A DNA stretch of 64,000 nt from Lingula anatina (Eukaryota > Animalia > Brachiopoda). Below are positions 1-12,066 of this stretch, one piece after another; the stretch's first letter is position 1, and the number at the start of each line of letters is the position of its first letter. Under the pieces are notes generated by a model. It did no database searches, was not told where the DNA came from, and saw only the letters and a program-made list of their open reading frames with translations. The position numbers and the translations under genes were made by a program. Location of the stretch: assembly GCA_051362555.1 (NCBI GenBank), contig CM120648.1, positions 10,598,587-10,662,586 of the forward strand, given 5' to 3'.

Positions 1-182
1 GGGTCCCTGATGAAAATGATCCTATAACGTTGTTTCTCGGTCAAGATGAAATCCATTTGAAGTAGATTAGCGAGTGTCTGGATTTTGTTCAAGTCAGTGA
101 GACCCGTTATTAGAGTTATGGACATTTGACGAATCCGCTGGTGTTTGCTGGAATTGGTATCTAGGATCAGTAGTTTAGCCAT
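1..182 (-). CDS. CARD-like single-domain protein, copy 1 (N-terminal half; runs off window start)
   Basis: Manual translation from ATG at 182: MAKLLILDTNSSKHQRIRQMSITLITGLTDLNKIQTLANLLQMDFILTEKQRYRIIFIRDP, open and colinear with 2433-2801. Confidence 0.8.
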   Translation of the reverse strand, partial: MAKLLILDTNSSKHQRIRQMSITLITGLTDLNKIQTLANLLQMDFILTEKQRYRIIFIRD

Positions 183-220
183 TTTCAGCTACTTAAGGGT
201 AGACCTGAACTGGATATTTA

Positions 221-1178
221 CTGCAAAAAAGATAGTATGTGTAATAAAAAAAAAAATAATAATTATTATTATTTTTATTATTTTTATTGAAAAAATAATG
301 AATAAATAAATAAATTAATTAATAAAATTAGACACCCTTAAAATTAAATAAATAAAGGATTCAAGTCAGTCGCTTAGAGTTAGAAAAGAATTCGTGAAGC
401 TACAGGTCTATTTAAAAATGGCCCAAGTTTAAGCAAAGAGTTATATTTATTATAAGTGTTAAGGAAAGACAGATCTTTAACCTTGATTCACCAAAAATTG
501 TCCATGCCATCAGTGTGCAAGGCAAGTGAGCCAAAGGGAAATTCCCTAATGCTACGTTTCTATTTTTAGCTAGCTCCAATAGAAACATGAAAGTAGGAAT
601 GCACGGTGCTGGCAATCAGTGACAAATATCACAGAAATGTACACAGAATTAGCTACCAGTGATCATAAATGTATGCAACCCCAGTACCTACATGTACATG
701 TGCACTCCACTGAATAGACTGAAAGTGTCAACGCCGATAATCAAAAAGTAGGCCATTTAGGCATAGCAAGGAGTTATAACATTCTGTTATAACTTCTTGG
801 GCATAGTGACCTACGTAGGCCTACATGTAGAGCATGAATTTGAAATGCTTAATGTTCATATTGTACTCAGTATTCACATGCAATAACTGCACATGTACCC
901 AAATCTTTGTCAAAGCATTGCTGCGCCTGCCTAAACATCCATAAAAATTGCATGAAACGTTTAAAATCTGCCCCAAAATTACGTCTTCGACATACAAAGT
1001 TGTAGGATGTGACAAGGATTCAGCTGGGATGCTCGCAAGGATGTTAATATATTTCGTGCAAGCTAGTTTTTCAGAAATTTGCAAATTGGCAGCTATTTAA
1101 GATGGTATGTTAAAATCTGACCTACCTAATTCAGTTCTGGCTCGCATATGTCAGTTCAAAAGTTAGTCGAATGCAGTA
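221..1178 (-). other. 5' UTR intron (221-1125) and short non-coding first exon of CARD-like copy 1
   Basis: Minus strand acceptor TTTTTTTGCAG about 40 nt before the ATG, and donor ATTAG|GTAGGT at 1125. Both are conserved at equivalent positions in copies 2 and 3. Confidence 0.6.
536..546. promoter_or_regulatory. NF-kB/Rel binding site
   Basis: GGGAAATTCCC matches the GGGRNWYYCC consensus; homologous intronic position in copies 2 and 3. Confidence 0.6.
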
Positions 1179-1274
1179 CTCATTATTTCCGACATGAAAT
1201 ATTATACGCAGCGACGAAAAACCCACGTGGTTGGAACCTACGTCATGCGTTTTTTTTTGGTCTAAATCGATGTT

Positions 1275-1310
1275 TGACGTCATTTCCAGCCCCACCGATG
1301 TTGACCAATC
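1275..1310. promoter_or_regulatory. CRE (TGACGTCA) plus CCAAT element upstream of the copy 1 first exon
   Basis: Perfect TGACGTCA at 1275-1282 and GACCAATC nearby. A paralogous block lies at about 12985-13085. Confidence 0.4.
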
Positions 1311-2077
1311 ACAGTACAGCAAATTTACTCCATTCATACTTTCACTCAACACTCAAGAAGTTCGCCAGGTAGCTTATTGACTATCTTTCTTATCGAGGAC
1401 AATGTGCGCTATTCACAAAATTATTCCCCTCCGTTAATCAACAAAATCGTTTTCCGTGATGTTGTTCAGTAGGTGTGGATAGTCTTTTGACGTTTTCGTT
1501 GGGGAGGTGGAAAGGCGAAGTGAGGATGGGGGAGCTGTGTCCGGATGACACGTCTGAGCATAAGTCTCTGTTGAATCGGCAGATCTACCCAAAGAGTGGT
1601 CGTTGCTCTAACACTTAGATAACAGAATGCATGCCCACTGCCCCGCCGCACGGTCGACTACCTCCGTAATGCAGATCGTCCCAACTTACAGTTGGCTAAA
1701 AGGGTAATTGTCACAGATATCACGTCTCTGGATAATTCAGGACACAATTCTCTGAGAAAAATACACATAATTTTTCTGCGGCCTCAGTAGAGAGTATAGG
1801 TCTATGAAGTGACTTAAGTCACAATGGACCAACACAAATTCGGGGTACGCGTTCACCACAGTTTCTCTTTCTCGTTACAGTGCACTCGTATATATCCGGA
1901 ATGTACATGTAGTCTAGTCATGAAATATACACTGAGCATTCCTTTGAGATTTTTGCAACAATTAGAGTATGCTATATAGATACGGTTTACCGGTATATGT
2001 TAATCGTGTTGCAGCTCCATCAAACTCCATTATTTGATGTGGCCATCCTTACTCCTTATAGATTCTTGTTGGCCCTG

Positions 2078-2245
2078 CAGGGGCGGATTTAGGCCGTCTT
2101 CTGGGTCTTCCGGAAGACAGCCAGGTTTTCAAGTTCACATTGACGGATATCTAATTTTTTCTGTCGGAAGATGGTCAAAAATGAAGCATGGACCAACAAA
2201 GATAATTTGGAAGACTGTCAGAAAATATCTCTGAATCTGCCCCTG
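2078..2245. mobile_element. hAT-like MITE with 6-bp target duplication
   Basis: Ends CAGGGGCGGATT...AATCTGCCCCTG flanked by GCCCTG on both sides. Related copies at about 13490-13550 (inverted) and 14052-14217. Confidence 0.65.
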
Positions 2246-2432
2246 GCCCTGGTATACTAGTTATTGATAGACGTTTAATGTTTTAAAAAACACTAAAATC
2301 TAGGCAACTTTCACACCATATTGGAAAGCTGCTCTTCTCCTTAGAAAATGAACGTTTCTCCACGGAAAGTGTTTCTAATGACAATTTGTGAGGCAACTGC
2401 AGGGGACCTGGATACACGCTTTATCAGAATGT

Positions 2433-2801
2433 TTACATCTCCGTACACTCCAGAGAGAGCCGAGGACTGACGATTCCAAATTCCGTCACCACTGCCAGGT
2501 ACGATGACACTTGGCAAAGTGCTCGCAGAAAATCCTCAAACGCGGCGCGTCGCAGTCTCTCCGGCTGAGTGTCCAAGTAGGACAAGACGCACGACAGAAT
2601 AACAGACATTTTGCGCATAGGGTCAGTGATGAAAATGATCCTATAATATTGTTTCTCGGTCAAGTTGAAATCCATTTGAAGTAGATTAGCGAGTGTTTGG
2701 ATTTTGTTCCAGTCAGTGAGACCCGTTATTAGAGTTATGAACATTAGACAAATCAGCTGTTGTTCTCTGGAGTTGGTGCCCCTAATCAGTGGTTTAGACA
2801 T
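2433..2801 (-). CDS. CARD-like (death-fold) single-domain protein, copy 2, 122 aa, intact
   Basis: Intact ORF with a helical CARD-type pattern (LANLL..FNLTEKQ..RI..ITDP..K..VIL..VL...AFEDFLRAL.QVS.YLA). Four other paralogs in the window. Confidence 0.8.
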   Translation of the reverse strand: MSKPLIRGTNSREQQLICLMFITLITGLTDWNKIQTLANLLQMDFNLTEKQYYRIIFITDPMRKMSVILSCVLSYLDTQPERLRRAAFEDFLRALCQVSSYLAVVTEFGIVSPRLSLECTEM

Positions 2802-2862
2802 TTTCAGCTAATGAAGGGCAGACTTGAACTGGATATTTACTGCAAAAATGTAAATATGTGTA

Positions 2863-2897
2863 GTAATAATAATATAATAATAATAATAATAATAATA

Positions 2898-2948
<51 letters not shown>

Positions 2949-2950
2949 AT
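2863..2950. repeat. (AAT)n(ATT)n self-complementary microsatellite
   Basis: An AAT run switches to an ATT run. The same arrangement occurs at about 11688-11752. Confidence 0.9.
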
Positions 2951-3095
2951 GAGTTTTTTAATGTGTTAATAAAAGTAGACACCATTAAAATAAAATGAAT
3001 TAAGGATACAAGCTAGTCGGTTAGTGTTAAAAGAAGAATGCGTAGGTCTATTAAAAGTCCAAGCTACGTACAAGCAGTTAATCCAAGGTAAAGAA

Positions 3096-3106
3096 GGGAA
3101 ATCCCC
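3096..3106. promoter_or_regulatory. NF-kB/Rel binding site in the copy 2 intron
   Basis: GGGAAATCCCC (GGGGATTTCCC on the minus strand). Confidence 0.6.
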
Positions 3107-3636
3107 TTATGCGATTGACTTGGTGGTTGTTTTTAGCTAGAGTAAACATTAGTGAAATTACTGGCAATCAGTGCTTATATCTCACAGAACAGAAATGTCG
3201 ACAGAATTAGTTATCAATAATCATAAACACCCCAGTACATACATGTACATGTACACTTCACTGAATAGACTGAAAGCAACGTTAACGACAGACTTAAAGC
3301 TTGGAAAGCAACGCCGAAAGCAATAATTATGTCATTAAGTGACCTATATGTTGAACATATCAATTTCAAATGCTTAATATTCATATTGTATTTAATATGC
3401 ACATGCAATTACTGCACATGTGGCTAAAACGTTGCCAATGCTTTATCTCACCTGCCTTAACATTAATGAAAATTGCGCATCGTTCGAAATCTTGCAAATT
3501 TTCTTCGCCATGTACATAGGGCCTATAGTTAAGGCATACCAGGATGCTTTGCCGATTTGTGTGCATACATAAAGTGCGAGCTAGTTTCAAAATTTCAAAT
3601 TGGCAACTATTTAAAATGGTATGTTAAATCTGACTT

Positions 3637-3890
3637 ACCTAATTCAAATCTTGCTCACAGTTCAAAAGTTAATCAAATGCAGTGTTGTAATAACGTACAT
3701 GTATGAGAAGTAAAGTTACGTACATGGCTGCATGTGTATTATATAGGGGGCCTATCTAGGTCCTGTATATTCATTCTTGTTCAGGATTGGTTAAAGGACA
3801 CTATTGAATATGGTAATGCCTTGACGTCACGTTCTTCAGGCAGTCATAACTCAGGCGCAGCCTTGCAGCTGTTAATGTTCGTAACGTCAT
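3637..3890 (-). promoter_or_regulatory. First exon and promoter of CARD-like copy 2
   Basis: Perfect donor AG|GTAAGT at 3638 (intron 2840-3638), TATATAATA at 3737-3745, CCAAT at 3786-3790 (minus), TGACGTCA at 3822-3829. Confidence 0.55.
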
Positions 3891-4153
3891 CGCAAAACGA
3901 AAGTCCAAGAAAGACAAGAAAACTGTAGTGGTGTATTTACACCAATCTTAACCTAATCATAAATTTACGCTTACAATATATGTATGTTCTGTATGTCGGT
4001 AGTACATGTATATGGCTACAAAGAGAGTGTGATAACAATTACTGCACGTAATGTGGGAAATTTGTGTAGTTATTTATTTGTTTCTTCCACAAAACTTCCG
4101 TCTGTATAACTGAGCGCAGTGGCTTGGTATATACACCAACAAGCTGTGCAGTG

Positions 4154-4194
<41 letters not shown>

Positions 4195-4480
4195 TTATAT
4201 TACTAATATTATTATTTTTATTACTATTATTTATGCTGAACTGGATGCGTGGTTTACAATCTTGGATGCTCTAATGATGCCCTGCCCTTCAACGCCATGT
4301 ATTCTTCTTAAGAGTTCGGCCTCCGTGTATTTGTAACATATACTAATTGATTATATCCGACATGAAAAATTATTATTCAGAAAATCAAACCTGCCTTGGT
4401 TACAAGTATAAGACCTATCAAGGGGGTGGAATTTTAAACTTTGTCTGTGTTAAAAAAAGGGACATACAGGTACATGTAGT

Positions 4481-4741
4481 TTGCCAAAGAAATGGTTTGA
4501 TTCGGTTTTATTTCTCGGCTCCAAAGCGAAGCGAATGTCCTCCTTTTGCTCAATTATATGCCATTTTTCCTTCGGGAAATTTATAGCGGGTATGGCATGG
4601 GATGGCAGTAGGATAGCTTTCCGAATTCCACAGATCGATCAGCTGAAAATTTTAAATACCAAAAATGTTTTCTTTCTCGTCAGACATAATAAAATTAATT
4701 TGACGCATTTACTTAAATTTCGCCTGTACTGTATGCACTGA
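4481..4741 (+). pseudogene. Possible degenerate beta-rich (US22/SUKH-like?) coding remnant
   Basis: The ORF reads WFDSVLFLG..CSIICHFSFGKFIAGMAWDGSRIAFRIPQIDQL. Pattern resemblance only. Confidence 0.2.
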
Positions 4742-5204
4742 GAATAAACCATACCTCAGTTGTTGCCAAGAGACATTGTTATGAGGGTCAAAACAAAGAT
4801 AATGAGTAATATTGTGATTGGTAAAAGAATCTTAGATAAATGACATTCCCGCCAGTTGTATTAAAATTTAAATACAGGTGTATGAGGAGGCTTAATAAAA
4901 TTTGCGACCCCTGCCCGGCACACCAGTATTTCATTTGCATTTCCAGGCCATTTCACAAAAATTCACCATAACCAAATTTATACAGTAAGTAAAACCTAGG
5001 TCACATTTGCCACTGGTGCCGCACGATGAAATTTTATACGAATTTCCGTACGATATTTTTTTTCACAGCTAGAAATAGTGAATGCATTTACAAGACATTT
5101 TACTCTACATGTAACCTTTTGTCATCAAGAGAATAGCGACTTTGCTGGCGTTATATACCTAGACAAATTTAAAATCTCTCACACTCTCAAAAATTACTCT
5201 CAAA

Positions 5205-5600
5205 AGTAAGCCGATAAATAATAACTACACGCAGTGACCTAAGAAACTCGCCCAAGAAAGACTGCTTGTTGTCGCAGAATGTGCCTACTGCAATCACAGT
5301 AGCAGATTACTTTGCTTACCCGTCCCCATAATCGAAGCGAGAAATGTGATCGCTGTGTAATCTTATTGATAATTGACGTTCCTTTTACTCCATAATGCAC
5401 CGGTACTTTTATTCATCAACTAGTTTGCCAGGTAGTTTATTGACCTGTTTTGTAACCTAGGACATTCTTTCCCACCGTTAGTCAATAAAAACACGTGCGT
5501 GATATTGACAATGTCAATAGGGCATGGGTATCAGATTTTTCCCGTTTTTACCTGTACAACCGTGCTCTGCGACACCTTTCTCAACTGTGAATGTAAGATA
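5205..5600 (+). pseudogene. Conserved ~350-bp coding-like module, copy 1 of 3
   Basis: Clear nucleotide paralogs at 18015-18305 and 25765-26110. The composite plus-strand reading is NVLTAITAAEHCAYPSPEKCDRCVILLIID..MHRYFHSSTSLPGSLLTWFVTEDI. Confidence 0.35.
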
Positions 5601-6239
5601 ATAAAAGAATTACCTAGCTGAGAAAACGATATTGAGCAAGGTGTCAATTCATAATTGTAATTTTTTTATCTGATAAAATGTACCATTTATTTCAAAGGAT
5701 ATCATAATTATACCCTAGTAGTAAAACGGATATTTTGAACAAATACAATACTCTATAAAACTATTAAAATGTCTCAATACTCGCTCTAACTGCATTTGAC
5801 AACGACGATGTTCCTCATTTACACTAACTCTTAAGATGTGATTCATTTTTAGTTTTATTAAGGGAATTGGTTGACTATTAATTGATGAATTAAATATTAA
5901 TTACTTCTAAGTGATTTATTGATAAATGAATTGCCTTATATATTCTAAAAATGTATTGTGCTCCTTTGTTTTTTTTAAATTTCACTTCAATTTTTTCATT
6001 TATATTTTATTTCATTTCATTATGTTTTATTTTATTCATATATTATTTTGATCCATTAATTAATTTATTGATTGATTTATTTAATGTCATTTATAGTTTT
6101 ACTTAATTTTGTTTTATTTTATTTCATTTTAAATTGTTTATTCATTCATTCATGTTTGTATTTATTTGTTATTTATTTTTACCGTAACTAGTGAAATTCA
6201 CCAGTCTCTATCTCCATTACTACAGTGTTTCAAAAATCA

Positions 6240-7265
6240 GCAATTTAACATTTGGATTTATAAGTCGAAATTGTGTTCCCGGTTTCGTGTATGTTCTACT
6301 GTAAATTTCAAAGATTTTGATTAAACTTCCTACTAAGTACAGTGTATACAAACAATTCGATCTAACTTATATTTTAGTCATTTTGCCTTTTGTATTTCGT
6401 ACCTTGACACATGACCAATGCACTATTATGACACGTATGATACGTGGCTTTAAGATCAGAAATATTGATCCATTTTTTTCTCTCTGAACGGGATATCTAA
6501 GCAAAAGAAGAAGTTTTTAAAGCTTATATTTTTTTCCAGACATTTGCCATTCATTGGGCATTTACTTTGTACTCTACAGTTGCAGGTTTTTATTTCTGAT
6601 ACATTATCAACAGCCCTCCAGTTATTTATCAAACTGTTGTTCTTAGCTTTAATGATTTTCGATATATTGTCCTTACAGCTATAGCTGACGTTAATGTCAT
6701 TTTTGTTAAAAATCTTATGTAACAGAGAACCTGCTGGGAAATGGAATTTAATAAGCTTTAAAAAAACTCTGCCGAAGTTAGTCTGTTGCGAGCTTTTATA
6801 GATTTTGTAGCAATGTTTGTATAATGGAGTTTGGGGTTGAAACCGACTGACTCGAGTGCTTCTGGTTCTCTTTAATGATTGAGACATGTTGTCGTCACTA
6901 GAAATAGTGGATAGCCTTGTGTTAATTAAGGTTGATATGACGTTGATGACACTTTCCGGGTGGTTAGGTTTGCGGTGTACATATACAGTAGTGCTGTGTT
7001 AGGTTTTTTGTAAGGTCAGAGGGATCCGTCGTTTAGGTTGAAGGTAACGTCTAAGAAGGTAACGTTATTGTGCGAGATGCTGGTTGTGATCTTTAATACA
7101 AGTTGCTTCATGATGGAGGTTAAATCCTTGGCTATCTTGTTGACGTTGAGTTATTTCTCAGGATAGCGAGGCCGTCGTCTCTACAGAGGCCAATTTCACC
7201 GCGAAATAATTCCTTGATTTTATCGAGTGAAAATAGACTGACAAGTTCACATGACTCAGCGCCGT
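6240..7265 (-). mobile_element. Penelope-like retroelement fragment (degenerate RT C-terminus and Cys-rich linker)
   Basis: Minus strand reads DGAESCELV, EIGLCRDDGLAIL, FLDVTFNL and TCNCRVQSKCPMNGKCL; frameshifted. Confidence 0.8.
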
Positions 7266-7313
7266 CTGTTTGACCCATTCACGTTTTTTTTTCTTTTTAT
7301 GTTTTTTTTCCTT

Positions 7314-7357
<44 letters not shown>

Positions 7358-7399
7358 TACGATGCTTTGTATGTACTTTTTTACGTATTTCGTCGAAGA

Positions 7400-8160
7400 G
7401 GGATAGACATTTCTTTTAATTTTTTTACTTTGAAGACTCTTTTGGTGATAATTAAATATTTATTTGTCAAATGTCGCTTTCGGTTATTTCATTTAAATGC
7501 ATTTATTTAAAAACATAAAATTTCATAATTGAACGTATGTACTTCTTTATGTCTTTTATATTTGAGGTGGTAGACATATTTATTTCCCTTGTTGTTATTT
7601 TGAAGACTTATTTGATGATAATAAATATTTATTTATCAAATATCGCTCTTTGTTTTCCATTAAAATGTATTCATTTTAAAACACAAATTTTTCATGATTC
7701 TATGTGTGTACTTACTACGTTTTTCATCCTTAAAGGGTAGACATGTAGGCCCATATTTTGCAATTCTTTTGGTGATAATTAAATATTGATTTGTCAAATA
7801 TCGCTTTTTGTTTTCCGTTAACATGTATTCATTTTAATACACAATTTTTCATGATTCTATGTGCGTATTTAATTACGTCTTTCATCCTTAAGGGGTAGAC
7901 ATGTATTTTGAATACTATTTTGGTGATAATTAAATATTTATTTGTCAACATGTCGCTTTCGGTTTTTTCATTAAAATGTAATCATTTTAAAACACAATTT
8001 TTTCATGATTCTATGTGTGTACTTTTTTACGTGTTTCATCCTTGGGTGGAGGTCATATTTTTTAATTTTTCAATTATTTTGAAGACTTGATGATAAGTAA
8101 ATATTTATTTGTCAAATGTCGCTTTTGGGTTTTTTATTAAAATATTTTCATTTAAAAACG
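7400..8160. repeat. Imperfect AT-rich tandem repeat, about 150-170 bp unit, about 5 copies
   Basis: Core TGATAATTAAATATTTATTTGTCAAATGTCGCT recurs near 7445, 7615, 7772, 7925 and 8090. Confidence 0.85.
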
Positions 8161-9467
8161 TTTTTATGTTTTACAGTATTCTCTTCTAAATTATTTTTAT
8201 GATTTTATCTAAGATATTTAAACTTAATTGCGCTAGCTATTCTTCAGTTTTTTTCTAGAGTTAAATCTTCATTCCCATCCATTCAAAATCATTTAAACAA
8301 ACATATTCTCTGTATTATTCATAGTAATATTATTACATTATAATATTATGTTTTCGTTTGATCTCTAGTCACTGAAAGCCTTTACCACGTGATTTCGTAG
8401 TTTAAAAGTGTGTCGAAAAAAACAAAACAAAACGCTGAATGTCCCTGTCACTGAAACCAAAAGTCTCTGAGTACTAAGCAGATTTTGCACGTTGTTGTTT
8501 CATATGAGCCCATGTCGGACGATACAGATATATCGAAATCTGAGATCCCAGCCTTGGCAGTACAGAGATGAGGCTGAGCCCCCTACACATGTAATTGCAT
8601 GCTTCAACCATGCACCCCCCCCCCCCCAAACAAAAATAGTAATAAATAAATAAATGAATAAAAAAATAAATAGATAGATTAATAAAATAAATAAAAAATA
8701 AAAAAGTTCCCTGGCTTAGTTGACTAGGATTTCTCTGATATTTTAATTTGTTTTATTTTCTTTTATTCTATTATTTTGGTAAACCGGGACCAATCCAGTC
8801 ACAAGTGCAGGAAGCAGGAAAATTAAGAGCCCAATTAAACCAGATAAATAGCTACATTAAAACAAATTAATTTACACAATGAAATGTAATAAGTTAATTA
8901 CAAGTGATTAGCTATTCCCCTTAAAACGTTCTTCCTATGAAGCAGAAAATTAACCGATAATTTTTCGATTTCTATAACGTTTATAAACCTTTGTAATATT
9001 ATTTTTGTTTTATTCTGCCACCGTTACAATAATTTAAAATAGCTTTAGACTGTAGACATAGACTACAAAACAAAATGCTATATATAACATCGATAAGAGG
9101 ATCCTTTATTGCGAGAAATCTAACATAAACTTGATAAAAATAAGCATTTAATGACCTTTACAAGGTAGGCCTACATGAAACAATACGTCTATGGTCTTCA
9201 CATCGTAATACACATGTTGAAAATAAAAATATAGAAATAATAAAACATTCAATAATTAAAATATACAATTTGATTGCAGATCTATAAAAATCTCATTCCA
9301 CTTCACATATATTTTAAAAAATGTATAACTCCGACAATAAGACAAAAATAACAAAATAAAATAATTTGGTGCCATTGAACATCAAGCCAAGCTTCAGGTT
9401 CGCGGGTACTACAACTGCATTTAACAATGATCTCCCCCCCCCCCCCAGTAAAAAAAGAAAAAAACCG

Positions 9468-9511
<44 letters not shown>

Positions 9512-9800
9512 CAAGTGCAAATTCATTAATTCATTAGAGTTTTTGGGGCACATATGCCCTACATGTATCTTACATGCAAAGTCTAAATCTGTAACGTGTG
9601 AGTAATACAGACGTCGCATGTAGGCCCAGGAATGTTGTAATCCCATCTGTGAGTCTTTGTGTATTCTTGAAATCATGTATTACATGTACAAGTGTTTATC
9701 AACTGTATGCATTCGCGCATATCACTTTTACTTTTCAAACTTGTCTTTTGGCATTGTATTGCTGACCACATATTGAGCTAACAACAGTACACCGAAGGGG

Positions 9801-9843
<43 letters not shown>

Positions 9844-9987
9844 TATTTCCGTGCACTCCACAGACAGCCGAGGACTGGCAATTCCAAACTCCGTCACCAC
9901 TGCCAGGTAGGGGGAAACTTGGCGAAGTCCTCGAAGAAAATCTTCAAACACTGCGCGACGCAGTCTCTCCGGCTGAGTGTCCAAGTA

Positions 9988-11372
9988 CACACACTGGACA
10001 AAAGAAGTGTCACCCCTACTGAGCCAATACTATGGGGGAGATAAATGACTGTGGAATGATATGCTCCTGGTATCATTTTATTTACATCAAATTTCATAAA
10101 AAATCACAAAATGAGAACAAAATATACATTCTACCAAAATATGCAGTTTCAAGTCCAAAATTAGTACTTAGTGACATAGCCACGTGACCTAATAATAGGT
10201 GCCAGTCTACGAAGCAAGGTTTCATATAATTGTCTGATGCGTTCAGGGCTTATGCTGGCCCAAGCATGAAACACTGAATATAACAGAGTTTCTCTGCTGG
10301 TTAGACGGGCATTTGTCAAAAGTTTTGACATATCATTCCACACATTTTCTATTATGTTTGCATCCGGAATCTGGGCAGGCCACATCACCCTGCGAATGTC
10401 CTGTTGGTCAAACCAATCATCAACTGCTCTGGGCCTGTGACAAGGAGCATTGTCATCCTGGTGAACATATGGATAATTCCTGTCACCAAACATGTTAGTA
10501 ATAGATGGTAGCAAGCCTGACTCCAAAACATCGATATATTTCTAGTGATTCATGTTTCCATTAACCACTATCAATTCGCCCAAGCCATGGATGCTGATGC
10601 AGTCCCACACCATGATGAATATGCTGCTCCGGGTTCGAAAATTCAGTGCATGTGGTTCAAATGCTTTACCAGCAGTTTGCCAGCATAGTACCCGTCTGTC
10701 ATCAGAGGTCAGACCAAAGCGACACTCATCAGAAAAATATATAGGACCAATTGTCATGAACTGTCCAGTTCCAGATCCTGTTGACCCTAGTTTGCTCTAC
10801 GTTGCCTGTTTTGTAACGATATAAGAGGTTTCAGTCTTGCTACCCTGCTGTACACTCTCTGAGCATGTAACCGACGCCTAGCAATTTTCACAGACACATT
10901 CTTATGTGTGAAATTGTTCCACTGTGTTGTCAACTGACAAGCAGTGTCGAACTTTGACAACCTGGACATCAAAATCAATCGTCGGTCTTCACGGCCAGTA
11001 TTTTTTCTTGGACGACCCATCAGAGGCAATTTGTCTCTTGATCCAGTGTTTCTGTACCGAGACCAGACCCTCTGCACCGTTCTGACTGAACAATTCAATT
11101 GTATCGATATTCTGACGTTGCTTATATTCCGCCTCTTCAGGTTAATAACTTGCACCTATAACCGTTAGATAATTGCCTGTATCTTGCCATATTGGAGGAA
11201 GACAGGAATAACATTTGCTGTACATGTACAAGACCAACAATACAATTCAATGGTATAGCGGTTTTATACTCATTAGTCACATTATAAGTAGACCAGGCAT
11301 TATAAATACCCATGATCTGCCTACTTTTATTACTCTGAGTTAGGGGGTGACACTTCTTTTGTCCAGTGTGTG
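9988..11372 (-). mobile_element. Tc1/mariner DNA transposon, 1385 bp
   Basis: Perfect 29-bp TIR CACACACTGGACAAAAGAAGTGTCACCCC; TA duplication at 9986-9987 and 11373-11374. Confidence 0.95.
10161..11190 (-). pseudogene. Frameshifted Tc1 DD34E transposase
   Basis: Paired-like HTH region with GRPRK, then FSDECRF, QDDNAPCH and PDANIIENVW with 34 residues between D and E. Broken across several frames. Confidence 0.92.
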
Positions 11373-11685
11373 TAGGACAAGACGTACGACAGAATTACAG
11401 ACATTTTGCGCATAGGGTTGGTGATGAAAATGATCCTATAACGTTGTTTCTCAGTCAAGATGAAATCCATTTGAAGTAGATTAGCGAGTGTCTGGATCTT
11501 GTTCAAGTCAGTGAGACCCGTTATTAGAGTTATGAACATTTGACGAATCCGCTGGCGTTTTCTGGAGTTGGTGTACCTAATCAGTGGTTTAGCCATTTTC
11601 AGCTAATTAAGGGCAGACTGGAACTGAAGATTTACTGAAAAAAAAAATAGCATGTGTGATAATAAAAAAAAAAAAATAATAAAAA

Positions 11686-11727
<42 letters not shown>

Positions 11728-12055
11728 TATTATTATTATTATTATTATTATTGAAAAAAATAATGTATAAATAAATTGATTAATAAAGTTAGACACCATT
11801 AAAATGAAATGAATAAAGGATTCAAGTCAGTCGATTAGAGTTTAAAAAGAATGCGCAGGTCTATTTAAAAATGGCCCAAGTTCAAGCAAAGAGTTATATT
11901 TATTATTAGTAAGGAAAAACAAGTCTTTAACTTTGACTCACCAAAAACTGCCCATGCCATCAATATGTCAAATCAAGTAAGCTACATCAGACCACGGAAT
12001 TATATCGGATATAATTCCCTGATCAGACTGCATGTAGTTGAACCGAAGTCAAAAA

Positions 12056-12066
12056 GGGAAATCCCC
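12056..12066. promoter_or_regulatory. NF-kB/Rel site in the copy 3 intron (intron 11635-12621)
   Basis: GGGAAATCCCC at the position homologous to 536 and 3096. Confidence 0.6.

Larger units (their letters stand above)
9778..11596 (-). pseudogene. CARD-like copy 3, split by a Tc1 insertion
   Basis: N-part 11373-11596 (MAKPLIR...VLSY) and C-part 9778-9987 (LDTQPERLRRAVFEDFL...ECTEI) rejoin exactly when 9988-11372 and one TA are removed. The normal stop is lost into a (GA)n tract. Confidence 0.9.

Noticed and set aside
2760-2969. Poly-Ile ORFs (also 9314-9676, 9366-9605, 21623-21826)
   Set aside because: Translations of AAT/ATT microsatellites.
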